Source: a virus. Taken from it: DNA of 10,796 nt. Position 1 is the first letter of the stretch, and each line of letters opens with the position of its first letter. Below, one piece after another: positions 1-5,852 of this stretch. The position numbers and the translations under genes were made by a program. The notes beneath the pieces were generated by a model, which did no database searches, was not told where the DNA came from, and saw only the letters and a program-made list of their open reading frames with translations. The stretch is from positions 1 through 10,796 of IMG/VR virus record IMGVR_UViG_3300028594_000124; one strand, written 5' to 3'.

Positions 1-118
1 CACCGGCGCATACGTTGCGCTTGCCGATGCCATCGCCGTGCTCAAAGAACAAGGGGGTCGCTCCACTTTCCCCAATTCTGTGAAACATTGTGAAACATTT
101 GTGAGTGTGTGAAACATT
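1..118. repeat. Left inverted terminal repeat (ITR-L), probable protein-primed replication origin
   Basis: Bases 1-118 equal the reverse complement of 10679-10796; identity stops at base 119 (t versus g). The outer 73 bp hold 46 G/C (63%). The inner 45 bp carry three TGTGAAACA copies (79-87, 89-97, 108-116). Confidence 0.9.
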
Positions 119-158
119 TTGAAAAACATTTGTGAAACTTCGGAAAATTCTGTGAAAT
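79..158 (+). promoter_or_regulatory. Left-end array of TGTGAAACA iteron-like repeats
   Basis: Perfect 9-mers start at 79, 89 and 108. Degenerate copies lie at 131-139 (TGTGAAACT) and 151-159 (TGTGAAATT). Start-to-start spacings are 10, 19, 23 and 20 bp, close to multiples of one helical turn. The array extends past the ITR boundary. Confidence 0.7.
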
Positions 159-214
159 TATTTTAAAAAACATTGTAATTATTGTTAGTTATCTCTGGAA
201 TTATAAATCTATTA

Positions 215-223
215 TGTTATAAT
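215..223 (+). promoter_or_regulatory. Early promoter, extended -10 (TGTTATAAT)
   Basis: TGnTATAAT lies at 215-223, with no good -35 element. The 16-nt core TGTTATAATAGATATA matches 3765-3780 (TGTTATAATAGAGATA) at 15 of 16 positions. It is the only strong promoter-like element upstream of the first gene. Confidence 0.55.
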
Positions 224-320
224 AGATATATAAGGGGGTTGGAAATGTTTAAATATATATCGTTAGAAATCTATCCATCTAACATATCATAAAACAATAT
301 AAGAAAAGGAATGATACAAA

Positions 321-677
321 ATGGGAATTGCAAAATTTAATAAAGGTGAAGTTTTATTTACGAATACTGAAAGATTTGACGAGTTTCTTTCATTAGAAGA
401 ATTGTTTAAACGTGATGGTAAGGGTAAAAAGTACATTGTGTTAGGGGTTTATGATTATACTAGTTCTTATGGACGTGGTGCATTTGCTAAATCAGATGGG
501 TTCAATATTTCATTACCATCACATATGGTAGATACTGTTAAAGATATTAGAAATGATAATGAAAGTGTAGAACAGATTAACAACTCAATCGTATTTTTAG
601 AAATCTACACATACACATTACCTGATAAATACCCTGATAAAACTTTCTATTCTATTAACTTCATTGTTAAAGATTAA
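321..677 (+). CDS. Hypothetical early protein; possible phi29 p5-like ssDNA-binding protein
   Basis: 118-aa ORF and first gene after the left-end promoter, followed by its own terminator. Its size, its position and the C-terminal pattern VFLEIYTYTLPDKYPDKTFYSINFIV loosely recall phi29 p5 (124 aa, ...FKVKVVQGTSSKGNVFFSLQLSL, from memory). The SD (AAAGGA) is weaker and about 10 nt from the ATG. The functional call is weak. Confidence 0.4.
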   Translation: MGIAKFNKGEVLFTNTERFDEFLSLEELFKRDGKGKKYIVLGVYDYTSSYGRGAFAKSDGFNISLPSHMVDTVKDIRNDNESVEQINNSIVFLEIYTYTLPDKYPDKTFYSINFIVKD

Positions 678-690
678 ATACTAATGGATA

Positions 691-724
691 GGTAGGACTG
701 AAAAAGTTCTACCTTTTATTATTT
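691..724 (+). terminator. Rho-independent terminator or attenuator after the first gene
   Basis: The stem GGTAGGAC (691-698) pairs with GTTCTACC (706-713) with one G-U pair and a 7-nt loop. It is followed by TTTTATTATTTT. Confidence 0.6.
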
Positions 725-740
725 TAAAGGGGGGTTAAAA

Positions 741-974
741 ATGAGAATACCAATAGACAGTATAGGTCAATTTTGTAAGATGTACCGAACATACATTCTG
801 AAATTAACACTTGATGAAATGAGTAAATTATCAGGGGTGAAAGTTCCAACTATTTCAAGTTTTGAAAATGGTAGAAGTACCAATGCTAAACACATTGAAA
901 TGTATTATAAACTTTCAACAGATAAACAAAAGATATTTTTCAAAAACAATATTCCATATGGAAAGGGTGAATAA
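741..974 (+). CDS. XRE/Cro-C1 family helix-turn-helix transcriptional regulator
   Basis: 77 aa. LTLDEMSKLSGVKVPTISSFENGRSTN is a classic HTH_XRE signature (helix, turn, recognition helix, then the E-x-G-R pattern). A strong SD (AAAGGGGGG) lies about 5 nt upstream of the ATG. Confidence 0.8.
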   Translation: MRIPIDSIGQFCKMYRTYILKLTLDEMSKLSGVKVPTISSFENGRSTNAKHIEMYYKLSTDKQKIFFKNNIPYGKGE

Positions 975-976
975 TA

Positions 977-1579
977 TTGGCAGGGGTAGAAATTAAAATA
1001 ACTACTGATAAAACGAATATAAAAAAGCTAACAGCAGAAGAACGTAAATTAAGACAGGAAGCGAGTCGATTATCTTCACTAGCGAATAAACGATTGAAAC
1101 GTATGGAACAACAAAATTTAACTGATTCACCTGCTTATAAAAAGTGGGTAGAAGATGGGAAAGCTAAATTTGGGGTACGTGGAAAATCTATGGCACAAGT
1201 ACAGGCAGAAATTGGTAGATTAAACAATTTTATCAATCAGGCAACGTCTACAGTTAGGGGTGCTAAAAACTACTTTAAAAATATAGGTGCTAGTGTCGGT
1301 ATTGTAGAATGGGAAGATATACCTGATTTACAGAATAAACTAAATAACTTTTTTGAAATTACAGGTAAGGTAAAAGAATACTTACATAATTCAAAAGAAA
1401 TTGGTGTAGCGATTGGTTATCAACAGATTTGGAATGCTGTATCAGATTATGTTCAGGAAGTAACTAATGAAGCGATAGATGTAGAATATGCGGTTATGGA
1501 AGTTGCAGCAAAGTTAGTTCCTGCTACAGGGCTTAAACATATGCACGATACATTAGATGATTTTTTAGATAGTTTTTAA
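977..1579 (+). CDS. Candidate terminal protein (TP, replication primer)
   Basis: 200-aa ORF immediately upstream of the protein-primed DNA polymerase, the same order as phi29 gene 3 then gene 2. TTG start with SD AAAGGGTGA 6 nt upstream. Basic helical N-terminus (KKLTAEERKLRQEASRLSSLANKRLKRMEQQ) and acidic C-terminus, as in known TPs. AYKKWVEDGKAKF faintly recalls phi29 TP AQFNKWKEQASSF. The call rests mainly on synteny. Confidence 0.5.
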   Translation: MAGVEIKITTDKTNIKKLTAEERKLRQEASRLSSLANKRLKRMEQQNLTDSPAYKKWVEDGKAKFGVRGKSMAQVQAEIGRLNNFINQATSTVRGAKNYFKNIGASVGIVEWEDIPDLQNKLNNFFEITGKVKEYLHNSKEIGVAIGYQQIWNAVSDYVQEVTNEAIDVEYAVMEVAAKLVPATGLKHMHDTLDDFLDSF

Positions 1580-1614
1580 ATATTCCAACGTGATACATGA
1601 AAGGGGGGTAGCTA

Positions 1615-3717
1615 ATGTTTGCTGATTTAAAATATAAAACGTATCGTAAATATAATTACCATACGAAACAATCTACCGAATATCTAAATATAGAATGTTC
1701 TTTTGATATAGAAACAACTTCTACTTATGTAGATGGTGAAAAGTTTGCTTTCATGTATCTATGGGGCTTTGGAATTGGGAATGATGGAAAACATATATAC
1801 TATGGTAGAACATGGGAAGATTTAATGATATTTCTTAATACCCTATCTAGTGAATTAGGTTTACATAAAAATAGGGTGTTAGTCTGTTACGTTCACAATT
1901 TAGCTTATGAGTTTCAATTCATGAGAAAATATTTTGATTGGGTAGGTGTCTTTTCAGTAGATGATAGAAAACCGTTAAAAGCATTATCCACTTTAGGAAT
2001 AGAATTTCGAGATAGTTATATGCTTTCAGGTTTTAGCTTATCTAATACAGCGAAAAATTTACAAAAACATGAAATTAAAAAATTAGTTGGTGATTTAGAT
2101 TATAGTAAAGTAAGACATCATGAAACAGAAATCACTGAATTAGAATTACAGTATTTAGAAAATGATGTTGTCATTGTGTTAAATTACATTAATGAACAGT
2201 TAGATATTTACGGTAAGATAACTAAAATACCTTTAACGAATACAGGTAGGGTTAGGGAATTTGTGAAAGATAACTGTTACTATTCTAAAGGTAAAAGTAA
2301 ATATAAATCTAGCAAGGGTAAAAGAAACAACTATCGTGAAATTATGGAAAACCTAACTTTAAAAGTAGATGAATATCAGAAATTAAAGATGGCTTTCATG
2401 GGTGGTTTTACACATGCCAATGCTTATTATACAGGTAAGACTTTAGAAAATGTTCATTCAGTCGATTTTACAAGTTCCTATCCTGCTGTTATATTATCCG
2501 AACAGTTTCCAATGGGTAGGGGTTTTAAACCAACTAAAGAAGAAATTTTAAAAAATGGATATGATTATTATCTAAATAATTTTAACTGTTTGATAGGCGC
2601 TGTATTTATAAATTTAGAAAACCAATTTGCACATGATAGTTACTTATCTGAAAGTAAGTGTAGAATTAGGGGTGAAAAATTAATAGATAACGGTAGGGTT
2701 TACAGGGCAGAAATGGTGTCTACCATGATAACAGAAGTTGATTTATGGATAATGAAAAAAGTGTATAGTTACGATAGTTTACACATTACAGATTTAACTG
2801 TTTATCCTAAAACCTATTTACCTAAACCAATTATTGAAAGTGTGTTAGATTTGTATCAGGATAAAACAACCCTGAAAGGTGTAGCAGGTTCAGAAGTTGA
2901 ATATATGTTATCTAAAGGAATGTTAAATTCAGTTTATGGAATGATGGTTACAGATATTGTAAAAGATGAAGTTACTTATGAAGAAGATTGGGGTATTGAA
3001 GAAGTAGACCCTGTAGAAGAAATTAAAAACTACAATGAAAAAGTAAGCAGGTTTTTGTACTATCCATGGGGTGTATGGATAACCGCTTATGCAAGGCGGA
3101 ATTTATGGTTAGGAATATTATCCCTGAAAGATGATTATATTTATTCTGATACCGACAGTATAAAATTTTTAAATTATGAAAAACATGAACCATTTTTCAG
3201 GGAATATAATGAATGGGTAGAAAAGAAACAACTTGCTACTCTTAACCATTATAGCATAGATACTAATTTACTCTATCCAAAAACTATTAAGGGTGATGTT
3301 AAAGTTGCAGGGCTATGGGATTATGAAGGAAATTATTCACGTTTTAAAACATTAGGTGCTAAACGTTATTTAGTAGAAGAAGATGATGAATTACATTTGA
3401 CAGTTGCAGGGCTATCAAAACGTAACGGTATCGAATACATGAAAGAAGTTTCAGGTGATAATTCTAAAGTGTTTAAAATGTTTACTGATGAATTAACAAT
3501 ACCTGCTAACAGAACAGGGAAAAGCACACACACTTATATAGACAGTGAACATGAATTTCCTGTTACTGATTATACAGGTAAGACAGTAACGGTAAATGCT
3601 AAATCAGGGGTTCATTTAGAAGAAGTAGAATATAGTTTAAATATCAATGATTTATATGTAAGGTTCTATGAATTAGCACAACAGGGCTACCTGCTAAAAG
3701 GGGTTATAAAACAATAA
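1615..3717 (+). CDS. Protein-primed family-B DNA polymerase (phi29 gp2-like)
   Basis: 700 aa. Motifs seen: ExoI FDIETT, ExoII HNLAYEFQF, ExoIII YLENDVVIV, YxGG-like FMGGF, motif A DFTSSYP, motif B KGMLNSVYG, motif C YSDTDS and KxY GAKRY. The SD GGGGGG lies 6 nt upstream of the ATG. Confidence 0.95.
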   Translation: MFADLKYKTYRKYNYHTKQSTEYLNIECSFDIETTSTYVDGEKFAFMYLWGFGIGNDGKHIYYGRTWEDLMIFLNTLSSELGLHKNRVLVCYVHNLAYEFQFMRKYFDWVGVFSVDDRKPLKALSTLGIEFRDSYMLSGFSLSNTAKNLQKHEIKKLVGDLDYSKVRHHETEITELELQYLENDVVIVLNYINEQLDIYGKITKIPLTNTGRVREFVKDNCYYSKGKSKYKSSKGKRNNYREIMENLTLKVDEYQKLKMAFMGGFTHANAYYTGKTLENVHSVDFTSSYPAVILSEQFPMGRGFKPTKEEILKNGYDYYLNNFNCLIGAVFINLENQFAHDSYLSESKCRIRGEKLIDNGRVYRAEMVSTMITEVDLWIMKKVYSYDSLHITDLTVYPKTYLPKPIIESVLDLYQDKTTLKGVAGSEVEYMLSKGMLNSVYGMMVTDIVKDEVTYEEDWGIEEVDPVEEIKNYNEKVSRFLYYPWGVWITAYARRNLWLGILSLKDDYIYSDTDSIKFLNYEKHEPFFREYNEWVEKKQLATLNHYSIDTNLLYPKTIKGDVKVAGLWDYEGNYSRFKTLGAKRYLVEEDDELHLTVAGLSKRNGIEYMKEVSGDNSKVFKMFTDELTIPANRTGKSTHTYIDSEHEFPVTDYTGKTVTVNAKSGVHLEEVEYSLNINDLYVRFYELAQQGYLLKGVIKQ

Positions 3718-3725
3718 AAATTCTG

Positions 3726-3762
3726 TGTGAAACAGTATTCCAATGTTTCACATGGGGTTTTT
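3726..3762 (+). terminator. Early-operon terminator whose stem is an inverted TGTGAAACA pair; probable dual-use operator
   Basis: TGTGAAACA (3726-3734) and TGTTTCACA (3744-3752) give a perfect 9-bp stem with a 9-nt loop, followed by TGGGGTTTTTTG. The hairpin starts 9 nt after the polymerase stop codon. Confidence 0.65.
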
Positions 3763-3764
3763 TG

Positions 3765-3773
3765 TGTTATAAT
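3765..3773 (+). promoter_or_regulatory. Late promoter, extended -10 (TGTTATAAT)
   Basis: TGnTATAAT lies at 3765-3773. The 16-nt core is near-identical to the promoter at 215-230. The expected -35 position (about 3745-3751) falls inside the TGTTTCACA arm. Confidence 0.55.
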
Positions 3774-3809
3774 AGAGATAGATAATTATGAATGAAAGGG
3801 GGTTTAATA

Positions 3810-4910
3810 TTGGAAATTTTCAATCGAAACAAGTTCTACACGTTAGATAGAATTTTAAAATTAAATGCTACCTATAATATGATTATTGGTGAACGTTCCA
3901 ATGGTAAAACATATGCCTGTTTGAAACATGGGATAGAAGAATATTTTAAAGATGGTTCACAATTTGCAATTGTTAGAAGATGGCAGGAAGATATTAGGGG
4001 TAAGCGTGCAAGTGAAATCTTTTCAGCTTTAATGGATAATGATGAAATATATAAAATTTCTAAAGGTGAATTTAAAGGTATCTATTATTGGGCAGGTAAA
4101 TATTACCTATGTAATTATAGCGAACAGGGTAAGCCTATCTATAATGAGCAGGACGTGATAGCCTATCCATTTGCTTTATCAGATACAGAACATAATAAAT
4201 CAATCACATATCCAAAAATAAATACAATAATCTTTGATGAGTTCCTAACAAGGCAGGTATATTTACCTGATGAATTTGTGTTATTCATGAATACAATTTC
4301 AACTATAGTAAGACAACGTACAACAGTAAAAATATTTATGTTAGGTAATACGGTAAATAGATACTCACCATATTTCACTGAAATGGGTATTACCAATGTA
4401 GATAGACAGGAACAGGGAACGATTGACGTTTATAAATATGGTAACGGTGAATTAAAAGTAGCTTTAGAATACACTAAATCTACAGGGAAATCTAAAGAGA
4501 ACAATTTCTATTTTGCTTTTGACAACCCTAAATTAGAAATGATAACTACAGGTGCATGGGAATTAGATATTTATCCACATTGCCCTGTGAAGTTTAAACC
4601 TAAAGACATCCTGTTTATTTATTTCATAGAATACAATGACGAATTATTTCAGTGTGAAATAGTAAATAAAGATAACAACCTTTTCACTTTCATTCATAGG
4701 AAAACAACAGAATTACAGAATACAGATACTGATTTAATTTACACTTTTGATTATGTACCGAAAATAAATTATAATAGAAGTATATTAAAACCGAGAAATC
4801 AATTAGAAAACCGAATACGTGAGTTCTTTATGTTTGATAAAGTTTACTATCAGGATAATGAAGTGGGTGATAGCATTAATAATTATCTAACACAATGCAG
4901 GAAAGGATAA
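3810..4910 (+). CDS. DNA encapsidation (packaging) ATPase, phi29 gp16-like
   Basis: Walker A GERSNGKTYA (gp16 GARGIGKSYA), FAIVRRW (gp16 FIYVRRY) and Walker B TIIFDEF (gp16 TIVFDEF). I prefer the TTG at 3810, with SD AAAGGGGG 7 nt upstream, over the track ATG at 3792, which has no SD and lies only about 11 nt from the predicted transcription start. Confidence 0.9.
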   Translation: MEIFNRNKFYTLDRILKLNATYNMIIGERSNGKTYACLKHGIEEYFKDGSQFAIVRRWQEDIRGKRASEIFSALMDNDEIYKISKGEFKGIYYWAGKYYLCNYSEQGKPIYNEQDVIAYPFALSDTEHNKSITYPKINTIIFDEFLTRQVYLPDEFVLFMNTISTIVRQRTTVKIFMLGNTVNRYSPYFTEMGITNVDRQEQGTIDVYKYGNGELKVALEYTKSTGKSKENNFYFAFDNPKLEMITTGAWELDIYPHCPVKFKPKDILFIYFIEYNDELFQCEIVNKDNNLFTFIHRKTTELQNTDTDLIYTFDYVPKINYNRSILKPRNQLENRIREFFMFDKVYYQDNEVGDSINNYLTQCRKG

Positions 4911-4921
4911 GGGGTGAGTGA

Positions 4922-5842
4922 GTGGATAAATTAGATAAACAGAATTTTTATGATTTTCAAAATGGAATTGCATTATATAAACCAACTGATAAACTAAGTA
5001 ACATTAATCATTTAATCAATTCATATCTAAACAAAACTTTAGCAATGTTTCAATACACCAATTTACCTGATACATTACCTGATTTAGAATTAGAAAAGAT
5101 GTTGCAGGTGCAGGGGCAGGTGTTCATAACAAAATACAATGATGATGTTGTTGCTTTGAAAATAGATTTACTTCATGATGATGTAGATGTTTACGGTAAA
5201 GCTAAAGCAGGGAACGTTTATTATCCTGATACTAAAGTATTTAAGAAAGTGAATTTGTCTGATGGGGTTTTGATACAGAATGATTATTTAGGTTTAGGAC
5301 TTTTAGAACTGTTTAAAAAATATGCTTACTTAATTAATGAAAGTGCATTATCTTTAAACATGGCGAATTTCTGGAAACGTACTGAAAAAGTATTTACCGC
5401 AAATGATGACGCTACATCAGAAAGTGTTAAAAACTATTTAGCAAAAACTGAAAGGGGTGAAATTGGGTTAGTTACTAGTAATTTACTTTATGAAAGTATT
5501 AAAGTAAATACACCACAAGCAAATGGTACTAGTTTAGGTGAATTAATAGAATACCACAATTATTTAAAGTCGCAACTGTATGCAGAAATTGGTTTATATA
5601 CCAATGAGAACAGAAAGAAAGAACGACTAATAACAAGTGAAGTAGAAACAGGTTTAAATGCTATCTATCCATTAGTAGATAATATGTTAGATAATCGTGT
5701 GCAGGGAATGGTAAAGGTCAATGAAATGTTTGATTTAGATATTCAAGTTGAATTTATGAGTTCATGGAAAGCGAACAATGAAGATAGTGAAAATATGGAT
5801 CCAAAAATTGAAGATTTAAAAATTTTAGAAGATGATGATTAG
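4922..5842 (+). CDS. Portal / head-tail connector (upper collar) protein, phi29 gp10-like
   Basis: 306 aa (gp10 is 309 aa). FQYTNLPDTLPDLELEKML resembles gp10 FEWENLPPTINPSFLEKSI. NENRKKERLITSEVE resembles gp10 NLEKKERMVTDEVS. GTG start with SD AAGGGGTGAG. Confidence 0.85.
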   Translation: MDKLDKQNFYDFQNGIALYKPTDKLSNINHLINSYLNKTLAMFQYTNLPDTLPDLELEKMLQVQGQVFITKYNDDVVALKIDLLHDDVDVYGKAKAGNVYYPDTKVFKKVNLSDGVLIQNDYLGLGLLELFKKYAYLINESALSLNMANFWKRTEKVFTANDDATSESVKNYLAKTERGEIGLVTSNLLYESIKVNTPQANGTSLGELIEYHNYLKSQLYAEIGLYTNENRKKERLITSEVETGLNAIYPLVDNMLDNRVQGMVKVNEMFDLDIQVEFMSSWKANNEDSENMDPKIEDLKILEDDD

Positions 5843-5852
5843 GGGGTTTTTG

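Noticed and set aside
51-58. SD-like AAGGGGGT inside the ITR, as a possible translation start for an ORF reading in from the end
   Set aside because: No ATG, GTG or TTG lies within a usable distance downstream. The frame-2 open reading (2-109) has no start inside the window and ends at TGA 110-112. I treat it only as a compositional clue in the ITR finding.
3726-3752. TGTGA...TCACA resemblance to a CRP/CAP binding site
   Set aside because: The CRP consensus is TGTGA-N6-TCACA, but here the half-sites are 17 nt apart. The SD usage and lysin type point to a Bacillota host, which lacks CRP. The terminal copies are direct repeats, not palindromes. I also looked for Spo0A boxes (TGTCGAA) and cre-like sites and found none.
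3792-3809. Upstream ATG start (3792) for the packaging ATPase
   Set aside because: There is no SD upstream, and it lies only about 11 nt from the predicted transcription start. The AAAGGGGG inside these codons is itself a perfect SD for the TTG at 3810. The longer form cannot be strictly excluded.
4163-4396. 77-aa minus-strand ORF from the six-frame track
   Set aside because: It lies wholly inside the packaging-ATPase gene on the opposite strand. It has no SD and a hydrophobic, low-complexity translation typical of antisense frames in AT-rich DNA. Every supported gene is on the plus strand.
5832-5852. Upstream ATG start (5832) for the small membrane protein, overlapping the portal gene end
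   Set aside because: The AGGGGG SD at 5841-5846 lies downstream of that ATG and is correctly spaced for the ATG at 5853. The extra MMIRGFL residues are simply the translated SD region.
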